DNA of 64,000 nucleotides from Octopus sinensis (Eukaryota): NCBI RefSeq assembly GCF_006345805.1, contig NC_043000.1, positions 132,556,001 to 132,620,000 on the forward strand. The letters run 5' to 3'. Position numbers and translations under genes: made by a program. This document shows positions 26,165 through 40,060 of this stretch, piece by piece; within the stretch, counting starts at the first letter, position 1; the number at the start of each line of letters is the position of its first letter. The notes beneath the pieces were generated by a model, which was not told where the DNA came from, made no database searches, and worked only from the letters and a program-made list of their open reading frames with translations.

Positions 26165-27317
26165 TACATACATACACACACACACCACACACAACACACA
26201 CACACAACACACACACACACACACATGTATATATAAACCTGTTGAGCTGCAGCTATTCTTTAATTAATCCTGAAATCATGGAAGTTTCATTTTTTTTTAA
26301 TCCACTAATTAACGTCACTAATTTTAAAAGAAAACAATCATCATATGTGTTTCAACGGTAAATATAAAATGAGTTGCTCTAAGCTAGCGCTTTCTATAAC
26401 AGCAGTCTCTTTCGCAACCATTATTTTACTTCTTCTGGCCAAAAGTGATCTTTAATCAGATTCTTTCCGAACCCTTTTCTACCTCTAACTACAATATTAT
26501 AGATATTGTTTCATACTTTTTTGAAGGACATCTTTTCGCATCTCAGCATTACCTTTAAAACTGATCATCCTTATTCCCAGCTTGGAGCTAAACATTCAAA
26601 TAACTGCTGGTAGTTTTTTTCCCCTCAAATAATTGGAAGAAGGTGTGTAAATCCTTGATTTAATAACATGCAAATGTTACACGTGAGTCCTAAGATCATA
26701 TTGAGCCCTCAAGACACTGTATTTTTAAAGCATTTAACTTAATTATCTTGATTTATCTAACTGAAAAACACTTGCCGGCCCCTTTATGAAATTTAATCTG
26801 ATATAAATTAGCGTGTATCATGATAGATACCCGCCATCTTGTCACGTTAGAAACCGCACATATTTCAATGCTTGTCCCTTTCTCTCTGTCTCTGTCTCTT
26901 TCTCCCCCCCCCCTCATCTCATTACAATTTTCTTATATTAAAGGTCCATACATTTCTATTCTGTGTCATTTGAGCCAAGCGAACGAGCTTCAATGCAGTC
27001 GCTCGTCCAGTGAGTAATAGCAACCAAATCACCTCCGAAACACACCCTACCATTTTACAAAAAAAAAAAAGGAAGATAATGTGTCTGGAATATTGAGTCC
27101 TAGACACCATATACTTAAAAAAAAAAAACCAAATGGTCTCAGCAAATTCCTTTGTTTTACAGGGCTGCTCAATTAGGACTGACTTGGAGCGAATATCAAC
27201 ACCAACTCTATGTTACAAGTTAACCGAAAGTTTTAATTCATTTTCTTTCTTTTGCTAGCCTATTATGTGGTGTGTTATTCTCGGAGAATTTATGGTGGTA
27301 TTAGTGTGTGTGTGTGT

Positions 27318-27482
27318 AGGGTGAATTCACAAAAACATAAGACGAAGACACGTGGTGTAGACAACAAACAGATGTATTAGTTTAATGCTCGGGAAGTGAA
27401 AAAGTTTCCAGCTCTTCCACAGAAAGGAACACAGAAAGAAACAAGGAGAGGAATAAAGAATGTGTAGTGGCTAGTGGGTGAA
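27318..27482 (-). mobile_element. F1 copy with the HHR-like motif partly deleted
   Basis: Reverse complement matches 41352-41520 but reads ctgtggaagagctggaaacttttt where the full motif should be. Confidence 0.7.
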
Positions 27483-27494
27483 TGATATATATAG

Positions 27495-27573
<79 letters not shown>

Positions 27574-27825
27574 TAGATATGGTAAGACAACAAAGAGATC
27601 GAGTAAAAAAGAGAGACGGAGACAGCCAGAAAAAAGAAAAAAGAAAAATGTCCCTTGCATTTGAAAACTATGGAAATATTTAAAAAAAAACATCTCATTC
27701 TATTTTTCAACAATTTAATTGTTTTTCAGGCTTTATTCTAAGTCGAAAAAGTCGCAAAGTCGGAAAAGTACTAAAATGTTCTTCATGATAAAATTATTTT
27801 AGCATTTCTATCTTGTCTTATTTTG

Positions 27826-27897
<72 letters not shown>

Positions 27898-27906
27898 TAT
27901 ATATAT

Positions 27907-28110
27907 AGTGGAATATACAAAAACAAAAGACGAAGACAGGTGTGTAAACATCAAACAGGTGTATTAGTTTAACGCTCGGGAAGGTGAGAAAAATTTTACG
28001 TTTCGAGTCTACGCCCTTCAACAGAAAGGAACACGAGAAAATAAACAGAGAGAGAATAAAAAAAGAAAGCTTTAGTAGCTAGCGGTCAATCATGGCGATG
28101 GCCGGACATG
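27907..28110 (-). mobile_element. F1 copy with HHR-like motif at 27994-28028
   Basis: Reverse complement reads TTT-CTGTTGA-A-GGGC-GTAG-ACTC-GAAA-CGT-A-AAA. Confidence 0.7.
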
Positions 28111-28134
28111 TATATAAATATATATATATATAAT

Positions 28135-28168
<34 letters not shown>

Positions 28169-28186
28169 ATTATTTATAACATTAAT

Positions 28187-28615
28187 CCTTGGATAGAATT
28201 TATAAACATTTAATGCATCGGTATGCACGTTTCCAGAAATCATGTCTCTTAAAATCACAGTCCGTATTCTTGGAATGATTACAGTGTAGTCCGTAGTATC
28301 CGTGAGTATCGGGTTGATCATCTTCATGGATTCATTTCTTCAGACGATATAATATCAATGGAGGTAGAACAGAGGAATGCTTATCCCATTTGCATCCCTC
28401 TGTTGTGCTAATCCCTTAGGCATCCCTCGGTTGTACATTCATTAATGTTATATCGCCTGCAGAAATGAATCCATGAAGATGATCAACCCGATGTCCACGG
28501 ATATCACAGACTACACTGTAGTCATCCCAGGAATATGGACTGTGACCTTAAAAGACATGTGATTTGTAGAAACGCGCGTAGCGATGCATTAAATGTTTAT
28601 AAATTCCACCCAAGA
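28187..28615. repeat. ~430-bp imperfect foldback (MITE-like) with ~170-bp arms
   Basis: Left arm ...gaatttataaacatttaatgcatcg...atcgggttgatcatcttcatggattcatttc is the reverse complement of right arm gaaatgaatccatgaagatgatcaacccgat...cgatgcattaaatgtttataaattc. Confidence 0.85.
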
Positions 28616-28889
28616 ACTATTGTCATTATTATTATATTTATCCTACATTATATCAGTACAGCATCAATAGACTGTGGCCGGCATTATGGTATAGGAGCTT
28701 TATTTGCATATTCAAAACGTTCCCCCGTAAACAAATTTAAAGGATGTATATTCTTTTATTTCTTTCAGTCATTAGACTGCAGCCATGCTGGAGCATCGTG
28801 TTGAAGGGTTTGTGGTCGAATAAATCGTCCCTCAGTTCTTAATTTTTAAAGTGTGGTGCTCATTCTATCGGTTCTTTTATCAAACCGCT

Positions 28890-29147
28890 GGAGGCTTAGT
28901 GGCTTAGTGGTTAGGGTGTTAGCACCATGATCGTAAGATTATGATTTCGATTCCTGGACCGGGCGACGTGTTGTGTTCTTGAGCAAAACACTTCATTTCA
29001 CGTTGCTCCAGTCCACTCAGCTGGCAAAAATGAGTAACGCTGCGATGGACTGGCGTCTCATCCAGCTGGGGAACACATATGCCATACAAACCGGGAAACC
29101 GGGCCCATGAGCCTGGCTAGGCTTTAAAAAGGGTGCATTTATTATTT
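28890..29147 (+). mobile_element. tRNA-derived CORE-like SINE, family D
   Basis: A-box tggcttagtggttagg, B-box-like atttcgattcc, CORE-like tgttcttgagcaaaacacttcatttcac; a diverged relative lies at ~51160-51390. Confidence 0.8.
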
Positions 29148-29169
29148 TTTAAAATTTTATTATTACTAG

Positions 29170-29416
29170 GACGTAAACAAACTAACACCAATTGTATTGG
29201 GACTAACACAGACACAAGGTCACCCGCACACATACGCACACATACATACATACATACATACATACATACATACATACACACACGCACACACACACATATG
29301 CATATATGCATATATATATATGACAGGCTTACATACAGTTTCCGTCTGCCAAATTCACTTGCAAGATCACGTGGTTCCAAAGCGAGCTTCTTAACCACAC
29401 AGCTATGCCTGCGCCT
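29170..29416 (-). mobile_element. SINE family C, diverged 5' part with internal microsatellite
   Basis: gcttcttaaccacacagctatgcctgcgcct head; tacagtttccgtctgccaaattcact body. Confidence 0.6.
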
Positions 29417-30229
29417 ATATATAATATATAAGTTTGATAATTGCCATGAATGTACGTATGTATGTATGTACGTTGGTAGGTAGGTAGGTAGGTAGGTAGG
29501 TAGGTAGGTAGGTAGGTAGGTAGGTAGGTAGGTAGGTAGGTAGGTAGGGTAGGAAAGTGCATGTATGTATATGTGAGAGAGTGAGAAAGGGGATGGAGAG
29601 GGAGAGAAAGAGAAAAAATGAACATTTTCCATAAACCGAATTTCCAAACTAAATACCCAAAAGATGATGAACTATTCTAACGTCTCATTTTATTGTAATA
29701 AGAATATTTGGGGCTAACCTTTACCGGTAAATATGAAACATTCTTTGCTGGTAAAATATGTTGAGCAGTAGAAATAAAAAATGAAAATAACCAGTCGTAG
29801 CAATGAGTTACTAACAATAAAATGTGATGATAAAATGTTTTCGTTTTTTGCATATTCGGTTTCCGGAAGAGGGCGCGGAATCGCTTGAAAATTTGATACG
29901 AGATTGTGACAATACACGAGAAGTTTGTAATGTCAAAGCATTTTTTGTTAAAAAATACCCCCTAACTAACCTAATGTCTGTTTACTGTAATTTAATAGGT
30001 TTATGTATGTAACTGCATATGAATTTTTCTCTCATACACTTTCTCTTCTTATGCATATAAACACATATATACACGCATATAAACACAAACACGTGCACAT
30101 GCACAAACATACACACTAACCTACAAACATATGTCTATTTATGTGTGTGTATAAGTATGTATATGTGTGTGTATATATGCATGTATGTATAGATTGTTTA
30201 AGAGGTGTACAGATCATTATATATGAATG

Positions 30230-30282
<53 letters not shown>

Positions 30283-30326
30283 GATCAAAATAAAAATAAA
30301 AATAAAAACATGAGGCGAAGGATTCA

Positions 30327-30402
30327 GCGGTACATATGTTTCGGGCTTATTAGACATATTCATAACAAATCATAATGTATGTCTGTGGCCTTCTTCAGCC
30401 GC
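30327..30402 (-). ncRNA. Type I hammerhead ribozyme with canonical core
   Basis: Minus strand reads GCGG-CTGAAGA-AGGC...GCCC-GAAA-CATATGT-A-CCGC: stem I GCGG/CCGC, palindromic ACATATGT stem III, GUA site, extra AGACATA/TATGTCT hairpin in loop II. Confidence 0.75.
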
Positions 30403-30586
30403 GCACAACAGCTTCCACAAGGACATGTGTTACTTCCGAAATTCTTGGTTGGGGATGCAAATCTTCTCGTTCCCGTACGACATAATGCGGCAGCAGCATC
30501 GAATTGAATCCACTTAAGGTGCTTATAATTATCAAGTACTCACCCCGAATTTCTACACTCAACTTATATATATATATATATATATA

Positions 30587-30752
30587 AAGTGTGAGAAAGA
30601 GTACAGCAGGGTTCGTCACCACCCCTGCCGGAGCCTCGTGGAGCTTTACGTGTTTTCGCTTAATAATCACTCTCATCGCCCGGTCTGGGAATTGAAACCG
30701 CGATCTTATGACTGCGAGTCCGCTGCCCTAACCACTGAGCCATTGCGCCTCA
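30587..30752 (-). mobile_element. SINE family B, 5' half
   Basis: Reverse complement of the ggaggcgcaatggctcagtggttagggcagcggactcgcagtc head. Confidence 0.85.
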
Positions 30753-30753
30753 C

Positions 30754-30847
<94 letters not shown>

Positions 30848-30848
30848 G

Positions 30849-30882
<34 letters not shown>

Positions 30883-30885
<3 letters not shown>

Positions 30886-31190
30886 GAGGCGCAATGGCTC
30901 AGTGGTTAGGGCAGCGGACTCGCAGTCATAAGATCGCGGTTTCGATTCCCAGATCGAGCGTTGTGAGTGTTTATTGAGCGAAAACACCTAAAGCTCCACG
31001 AGGTTTCCTGTTTCTCTTGTACCTTTGTTTCAAAGGGCCAGCCTTATTACAATCTGTGTTACGCTGAATCTCCCCGAGAACTACGTTAAGGGTACGCGTG
31101 TCTGTGGCACGTTAATTTCACGAACAGGGTGTTCCGTTGATCGGATCAACTGGAACCCTCGTCGTCGTAACCGACGGAGTGTCACAACGT
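30883..31190 (+). mobile_element. SINE with family B head and a different 3' body
   Basis: Head as at 4558; after aaagctccacgagg it continues into ...ctccccgagaactacgttaaggg...gtcgtaaccgacggagtgtcac instead of the 4670-4850 body. Confidence 0.8.
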
Positions 31191-31454
31191 ACATATATAG
31201 GTACTTACATACATACATACGTACATACGTACGTATATATATACACACTGACACTCATAAGCATTCAACTATTCATATTTGTGTGTGGGTGTGGGTGCGC
31301 GCGTACGTATGGATATATATATATATGTAGGAATCGAGCCTGAGATTTGAAACCAAATCCACCCGCTTGTTGCTTGTCAAAACAAGCGGGGAATCCACTT
31401 CACACCAGATGATTGATGAGGTAACACTCTGTTGCAGGGTCAAGCTCGATCCCT

Positions 31455-31486
<32 letters not shown>

Positions 31487-31727
31487 ACACACACACATGC
31501 ACACACACACACACACACACACATTTATGTATATGTATGTATAAGAGTGTATTGTTGAGATTAAGAGAACGTGTGCATTTTTCAATTCATACGTGGGCGT
31601 ACGCATGACATACATACATATATTCCTATACACACACATCTCTCACACACACACACTTTCTCTCTTTCTAAATCTCTACTCTCCTCGCGCACGCACGCAC
31701 ACACACACATATAACATATGTATGTAT

Positions 31728-31959
31728 AAGGCGACGAGCTGGCAGAAACGTTAGCACGCCGAGCGAAATGCATAGCTGTATTTCGACTGCCGTTACATTC
31801 TGAGTTCAAATTCCGCCGAGGTCGACTTTGCCTTTCATCCTTTCGGGGTCGATAAATTAAGTACCAGTTGCGCACTGGGGTCTATGTAATCGACTTAATC
31901 TGTTTGTCTGTCTTTGTTTGTCCCCTCTGTATTTAGCCCCTTGCGGGTAATAAAGAAAT
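31728..31959 (+). mobile_element. SINE family A monomer with 19-bp target-site duplication
   Basis: atataacatatgtatgtat at 31709-31727 and 31960-31978; the element ends at gtaataaagaaat. Confidence 0.85.
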
Positions 31960-32041
31960 ATATAACATATGTATGTATGCCTGTATGCTTGCGCGTCTGT
32001 ATGCATGGTTGTATGTAAGTATGAATGTACGTATGGAAAGA

Positions 32042-32078
<37 letters not shown>

Positions 32079-32301
32079 TAAGGTGAGAGATTTTAATCAA
32101 TATATATTTAGGGAGGACAGAATGTATGGTAAATGCGAAGGTTAATTACAAGTAGATAATTGTTTCATATGTAGGAGAGGCAGAAAAGTGCCAGAAACCT
32201 TAAACTGAAGATAATCACAATTTTTTAGGCCACTATGGCAGAATTCAGCTCCTCTTTCTACCGTAAAGCACAATAAAATATACAATATTATTGTCCCATC
32301 T

Positions 32302-32465
32302 AAGGCTGCGAACTGGCAGAATCGTTAGCACGCCGGACGAAATGCTTAGCAGTATTTCGTCTGCCGCTACGTTCTGAGTTCAAATTCCGCCGAGGTCGAC
32401 TTTGCCTTTCATCCTTTCGGGTTCGATAAATTAAGTACCAGTTACGCACTGGGGGTCGATCTAAT
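32302..32465 (+). mobile_element. SINE family A, 3'-truncated by microsatellite
   Basis: aactggcagaatcgttagcacgccgg...gagttcaaattccgccgaggtcgac. Confidence 0.85.
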
Positions 32466-32470
32466 ATATG

Positions 32471-32569
<99 letters not shown>

Positions 32570-34221
32570 GTTTATGTATACAGAAAAAAACAATGATACA
32601 TAAATTACATAAAATGCTGAAAACATCCGTAGAACATTCTTTCTACAAGACATACTTATGTACGTATGTTGTATGTATGTACGTATGTATATATGTATGT
32701 ATGTATATATGCATGTATGCATGTATGCATGTATGTATGTATGTATGTATGTATGTGTGTGTATGTATGTATGTATGTATGTATGCATGTATGCATGTAT
32801 GTATGTGTGTGTGTAACTGATTTTAGTCACAAAAGTGAGAGATCAAAATATATAGGTAAAAGGAATGAGGTTATTTGATAATTACATTTTACCTGAAAAG
32901 CTTTACCGAAGATCGTCAAAACCAGATTAGAGACTTATTTACTGGAAGCACAATTCATTTCAACAAAAATTACAGTTAATGAGGCAAATTTTACACATTG
33001 ATTGCTTTACACTTTTTATTTGTATACCTGAATTTCATAAAAAATAAAATGTTCACATACGTTATGAGGCTAATGAATATAATCCACATGATATCTTACA
33101 ACAACCATCTTCAAAGGGTTATTTGTCTTAAAAATATACGTCAGTAAGATGGAGTAAACAAAATCCTTTATATACTACATATCGCCCTGGAACAAAATAC
33201 TCAAGAGACGGTTATTTATTACACCAATTAAAAAAAAAGTTAAATGTCTTTAACAAAACTATTTCTGAGGTTCTTGGATTGAGAGGTATCCCACTAAGGT
33301 CTTCATCTTGCAGCTCATTCGATATTTTTTCCATATTTCCTAAACTTTTTCCTATATAGCTACGTTTTCAACTAACAGCCGAGTTTTTGACCCCTAATAT
33401 AATTTGATATGTCTATAAATACAGCCTGTACCGATATGCCAGTCATATCCAGACAAAGATTTGAAGTTCTAATTATCAGATTTATGATTTCCAGTCAGAA
33501 TTTTACGTTATTTAATAAAATAAAATATAAAATCAGGAAGAAATTACTAGTCAAAGTTATCACATTTCAAGAAAAATATTTTCGTGAGTCAACCCACTTC
33601 CCACCCTTGGTTAGTTCCCTACCCTTCAGTTTGAGTCTGCTAGTATTTTTATGAACTATGCTTTCTGTATGTCTCGCCATTAATCCAAACTCTGGTTGGG
33701 ATAGAAAATCCTATATATTGGTTGATCTTCAACAGTCCATGCGTGGTTAAATTCATAATGGAGCACGACCATAAACTTCTACACATCAAGCTAACGAGGA
33801 AACCTCGTCAGTGTTGCTCGACTTACTAGAAATATCAGTTAAATTTCTACCATTCCATATCCTACCGTCTAGAAAATTGGAAGAACACAGTGAATCATGA
33901 AGTTCTAGGTATACTATACTTTAATTAAAGACAAGATGGTCACAGCTGGAACGCCTTTGATAAGCTGAATTAAAGCTAACTTGGAGTTACGCAATAAGAA
34001 TAATCAAATTACACATCGTATCATATCCAGCAACAGAAGATTGCTCAATAGTTTAGGTCTGTAGTCAGTCAGAAAAATTCAGTTTTATTTTTTTTACCAA
34101 GCACAAAGTCAATAAGTTTAAAGTGAAAAGAATGAGGTTTATGACGTTCGGGTCGAAATTAAAGTATCAACGACTAGACTAAAAAACGAAACTTGATCAT
34201 AGGTCCAAGCAGTAAAGCAGT

Positions 34222-34450
34222 GAGCTGGCAGAATCGCTAACGTATTGGACGAGAGGCCTAGTGATATTTCTTACGTTCAGAGTTCAAGTTCAAGTTCAGA
34301 CTGGAAATCATAAATCTGATAATTTGAGCAGAAACTTTGCCTCACCTCTCTCCGGAGTCGATGAAAGTACCAATAAAGTACTGGATCGATGAAATCGATT
34401 GACTCCCCACCACCTCAAAGCTGTTGCTTTGTGCTAAAATCAGAAATAGT
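34222..34450 (+). mobile_element. SINE family A, degenerate
   Basis: gagctggcagaatcgctaac...gagttcaag...gtcgatgaaagtacc. Confidence 0.6.
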
Positions 34451-34991
34451 TATTAGTGATAATAGTGCCGAATCAAAGAACCTCATGAGTATAGTCTACC
34501 TACTGATGAACACGCGGCAGGATCTCATGTAATGTATTGAGTTAAAAACTTCGAGTAACTTGGGAAGATATGACAAAAAGAAGACCTTCTGAGGCGCTTG
34601 AAAATCGAAATAACAGCAAGTAAGGGATATAACTCCAATACTATCAGCTAACCGAAAATTTTTAAGAATGCAGGAAAAAGTGGATTTTGTCTTTAAGCAA
34701 ACTGGTAAAAACACTTGACGTGTTTCAGGTTTATTAGAAATCCAGGCTGATTCTTCCATCACCTAGTGTTTTAAAATTAAAACTTGCTGCGTATTCAATG
34801 GACTTGAGAGGTCAAATGTTTTCCACGAAATAATTTCTTACATATCCTGTTTCGTATAGGTTCCACATGTCATTTCTCTGCTACACCAAAGGTCTGGGAG
34901 AGGCATTAATAATCTGATCTGCTTCGGTTAGAAATACGTGCGTTAGTGTAACAGTCATATTAAATCAGCAGTAGCAGCAACAGAACTCGAC

Positions 34992-35547
34992 CACCATCAT
35001 CATCATCACTATCGGCATCGTCGTCGTCGTCATCATCATCATCATCATCATCACCATCACCATCACCATCACCATCACCATCACCACCACCACCACCACC
35101 ACCACCACCACCATCACCATCATCACCATCATCATCATCATCACCATCATCATCATCCTCATCCTCATCATCATCCTCATCATCATCCTCATCATCATTA
35201 TCATCATCATCATCATTATCATCATTATCATCATCTCATCATATCATCATCACCATCACCCTCATCATCATCATCATCATCAATATCATCAAAATCATCA
35301 TCATCATCACCATCACCATCATCACCATCATCACCATCACCATCATCATCATCATCAATCATCATCCTCATCCTCATCATCCTCATCATCATCATCCATC
35401 CTCATCATCATTATCATCATCATCATCATTATCATCACACCATCATCATCATCATCATCATCATCATCACCAATCACACCATCATCATCATCATCATCAA
35501 TCATCATCATCATCATCACCATCATCCTCATCATCACCATCACCATC

Positions 35548-35598
<51 letters not shown>

Positions 35599-35831
35599 CA
35601 CCACAACCATCACCATCATCATCATCATCATCATCATCATCCTCATCATCATCATCCATCATCATCATTATCATCATCACCATCATCATCATCATCATCA
35701 TCAATATCATCACCATCACCATCATCATCATCATCACCATCACCATCACCATCATCATCATCATCATCATCATCCTCATCATCATCATCCTCATCATCAT
35801 TATCATCATCATCATCATTAATCATCATCAC

Positions 35832-35869
<38 letters not shown>

Positions 35870-35979
35870 CACATCACCATCATCATCATCATCATCATCA
35901 ACCAATCACAATCATCATATCATCATCATCATCACCATCAACCATCACATCATCATCATCATCATCATCATCATCACCA

Positions 35980-36021
<42 letters not shown>

Positions 36022-36022
36022 T
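34992..36022. repeat. ~1-kb imperfect (CAT)n/(CAC)n array
   Basis: Visible; it explains the poly-Met/Asp ORFs. Confidence 0.95.
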
Positions 36023-36540
36023 ATTGTCGTCGTCGTTATAGGAAAAACGTCGGACTGAATGCCTTGTGATTTCTGATTACGTATCTTTGAGTTTTGAGTT
36101 CAATGCATGCCGAGGTCATCTTTCCAGGATCGATACAAGCATATACGTCGTGTAGTGAAATCAATTTAATCGATCATATTCCCTTCTCCCTAATATGTTT
36201 GGTTGTATGACTAAGTCAGAAATCATTATCAGTCACTGTAATTGTTGTTGTTGCTGTTGGTTCTTTCAGTCAGGACTCACGCCATTAGCCACAAGGAATA
36301 ATCTCCAATTCGAGCCTACTCTAAGCTACTAAGAATGCGTGTGGCAACTTGAAGACCCATCCACCACACGCGATAGACGGGCGTGAAAGCTACGCTGTTT
36401 TCCTCTTTCCGTAAACGGTGGTTTTTACGGGTGGAGAGCTGAACCATCCTGGGGTACAGAGGATTCGCAATCTAGACTAGGGTCTGAAAGTTTATCACAC
36501 CATAGTGGGTTACAGCATGGTTCCTCTGCTTTGTGGCAGA

Positions 36541-36722
36541 AGTAGGGAGAAAGAGTGAGAGAAAGTTGTGGTGAAAGAGTACAGCGGGGTTCACCCCACC
36601 ACCCGCCGGAGCCTCGTGGTGTTTTTGCTCAATAAACATTCACAATTCCTGGTCTGGGAATCGAAACCGCGTTCTTACGACCACAAGTCCGCTGCCCTAA
36701 CCACTGGGCCATTGCATCTCCA
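36541..36722 (-). mobile_element. SINE family B, 5' half
   Basis: gctgccctaaccactgggccattgcatctccac head on the minus strand. Confidence 0.8.
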
Positions 36723-37744
36723 CTGTTGTTGTTGTTGTTGTTGTCGTCGTCGTTGTTGTTAAACACCTGGCCAATCGTGATTTAGCAAACCTATAATCAA
36801 AGGCATTCAACTCATGACCATTAGATCTGCTTAGGTATACCTAAGTCAATGAATATCAACTGTATCTTTATTTGTTTAAGACGGTAAGGACTGATTAGAA
36901 GAAAGTTTAGATATCATTTCTAGGAGGTTGAACAATCCAGAGAGTGCTCGTTTTTCTTTTTTGTTATTTTGTTTTTGAAGAGGAGGAGATAGAATTTGGT
37001 TAAAAGAGTGTTTCAGATAAAGATCTGTCATGCATACGGTCCAAAGGATATAAACATAGTCGTTGTTGATTTTGAGCTCCAGGTTACTGCTAGTTGAGCA
37101 TATGATCTCAACCACGTGCGTTCCAGCTTTGACCATTTTGAATTATATTTATTTTTACCTTGTCCAAATGTCTGTCGAATACATTATTGACCATAGAAGT
37201 CCATTATTTTTAAAGTAATTTGTTCTCTGATATTACTGCTGTAATCTTTTTTAGACGGTAAGGTGGGATTTGCGGGTGATTTGAGTGCTATTTCTAGTAA
37301 TCACTAGGAGCTTCCATGTTGGTTCGGTACATATAGTAATTCCGAACCAAATAAATCCTCATTAATTAAACAGATCACGCGCGAAAATTTAAGTGCTATA
37401 GACATAAACTTAGTGCAGTACCGATAAGGAGATTCGAACCAGCGACACTATAATTGTCAAACACACAATTGACGACGGAAGTTCATTATTGCTGATGTAA
37501 TTACTGTCTCTGGTATGGTGGTTGTTGCTATTTATTTTTTTACTTTTATTGAATTAATTACTGTGTGTTTGTTTTTATTTAAACATGTCTGCTGACCTCA
37601 ATGTTTTCCAGCCGGAATTTATTTCCGTGAGCCACTTCTTACAAGATTCTTGATTCTTAAATAACTCAAATAATCTTATCACGACAAATATAATGTAACC
37701 CGTAGGTCATCATTACTCGGAGAAGGAGGAAAAGAGATAGGGGT

Positions 37745-37789
37745 GATATGTATGTATATATATGTATATATGTATATATATATATAATA

Positions 37790-37881
<92 letters not shown>

Positions 37882-37905
37882 CATCTATATATATTATATA
37901 TATAC

Positions 37906-37950
<45 letters not shown>

Positions 37951-37972
37951 CACACACACACATATATATATA

Positions 37973-38003
<31 letters not shown>

Positions 38004-38073
38004 TATATATATATATATATATCTATATATATATATATATATAGATATATATATATAATATATATATATATTA

Positions 38074-38132
<59 letters not shown>
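37745..38132. repeat. (TA)n/(CA)n then (GA)n compound microsatellite
   Basis: Visible tandem repeats. Confidence 0.95.
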
Positions 38133-38134
<2 letters not shown>

Positions 38135-38543
38135 TATTAAAACATTTGATGATCAAATGAAAAAAATGCCTGATGATCAACAACAGACAGAAATGTAATA
38201 AAACAATTAGCTCAGTCTGTTTCAGGAGTTAATTAAACACTGTATGTCATTGTTGTTGTTGTTGCTGTTGCTGCTGTTGTTGTTATAGTTTAACCCTAGG
38301 AAAGCTCTGCTCTTGTACACCTATAGTTATGATCAAAAACGTTCTTGCTTTGAGCACTCAATCTTTGTTTATGTATCTCTCAGGAATGGTATATCTAATA
38401 CTACATTACACAGCGTGGTCTTCTTTCTTTTAAGATAATTATGGCTGCTTTGAAAGAGATCTAGTTATTGTTGCTATTGTTTGTCTTGTGGTTGTTATAG
38501 TTCTTGTTGTTACTATCGTTGCTTTTATTATTGTTATTATTAA

Positions 38544-38935
38544 AGGCGGCGAGCTGGCAGAAACGCTAGCATGCAGGGCGAAATGCTTTGTGGTATTTCG
38601 TCCGCCGCTGCGTTCTGAGTTCAAATTCCGCCGAGGTCGACTTTGCCCTTCATCCTTTCGGAGTCGATGAAATAAGTACCAGTTACGCACTGGTGTCGAT
38701 ATAATCGACTTAATCCGTTTGTCTGTCCTTGTTTGTCCTCTCTGTGTTTAGCCCCTTGTGGGTAGTAAAGAAATAGGTATTTCGTCTGCCCGCTACGTTC
38801 TGAGTTCAAATTCCGCCGCGGTCGACTTTGCCTTTCATCCTTTCGGGATCGATAAATTAAGTACTGGTTCGAGCTAATCGACTGGCCCCCACCCCAAAAG
38901 TTTCGGGCCTTATGCCTAGAGTAGGAAAGAATATT
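38544..38935 (+). mobile_element. SINE family A dimer (two B-box units, ~185-bp period)
   Basis: gagttcaaattcc at 38617 and 38802; tail gggccttatgcctagagtaggaaagaatatt. Confidence 0.88.
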
Positions 38936-39189
38936 AAGCACCAGCTCACTTGCACATAGCTACATACACGTACACATTGGGTGATATAGTTTATGTATAA
39001 TGTATATATTCTTTTATTATTACCAGTCACTAAATTACAGATATACAGAGGTGCCAGCAACAAGGGTTTAGTCAATCGTATAGAAACCATTAATTACTTC
39101 AGTCCGGCTTTAAAGTGATGCGAATGTAAACAAAAACACACCGGGCTACAGCACACACACATACACACATACACACACATGCAAACACA

Positions 39190-39372
39190 TATGTATGTAT
39201 GTTGTCGTATGTACGTATATATGTATGTTATATTACGTATGTATGTTGTAGTACGTATGTATGTGTGTATGAATGTATGTATGTGAGTATCTATGTATAT
39301 ATGTACGTATGTTGTATGTATGTATGTTGTCGTGTGTATGTATATATATATATATTATATATATATTATATC

Positions 39373-39403
<31 letters not shown>

Positions 39404-40060
39404 TGTAGCATGCATGTATGTATGTATGTATCTATGTTATATATGTACGTATGTTGTATGTATGTACGTATGTATATATGTGTATGTATGTATGCATGTA
39501 TCCTGTATGTATGTATGTATGTATGTATGTATGTATGCATGTATGCATGTATGTATGTGTGTGTATGCATGCATGTATGTATGTATGTATGTATGTATGT
39601 ATGCATGTATGCATGTATGCATGTATGTATGTATGTATGTATGTATGTATGTATGTATGTATGTATGTATGCATGTATGCATGTATGTATGTGTGTGTAT
39701 GCATGCATGTATGTATGTATGTATGTATGTATGTGTGTGTGTATGTATGTATGTATGTATGTATGCATGTATGCATGTATGTATGTATGTATGTATGCAT
39801 GTATGCATGTATGCATGTATGCATGTATGTATGTATGCATGCATGTATGCATGTATGTATGTGTGTGTATGCATGCATGTATGTATGTATGTATGTATGT
39901 ATGTATGTATGTGTGTGTGTATGTATGTATGTATGTATGTATGTATGTATGCATGTATGCATGTATGCATGTATGTATGTATGTATGTATGCATGTATGT
40001 ATGTATGTATGTATGAATACATGCATACGTATACGTATACATCTAAGTATCCATGCATGT
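39190..40060. repeat. (TATG)n/(CATG)n tetranucleotide array
   Basis: Visible; it explains the overlapping MYVC/HTYI ORFs. Confidence 0.95.
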
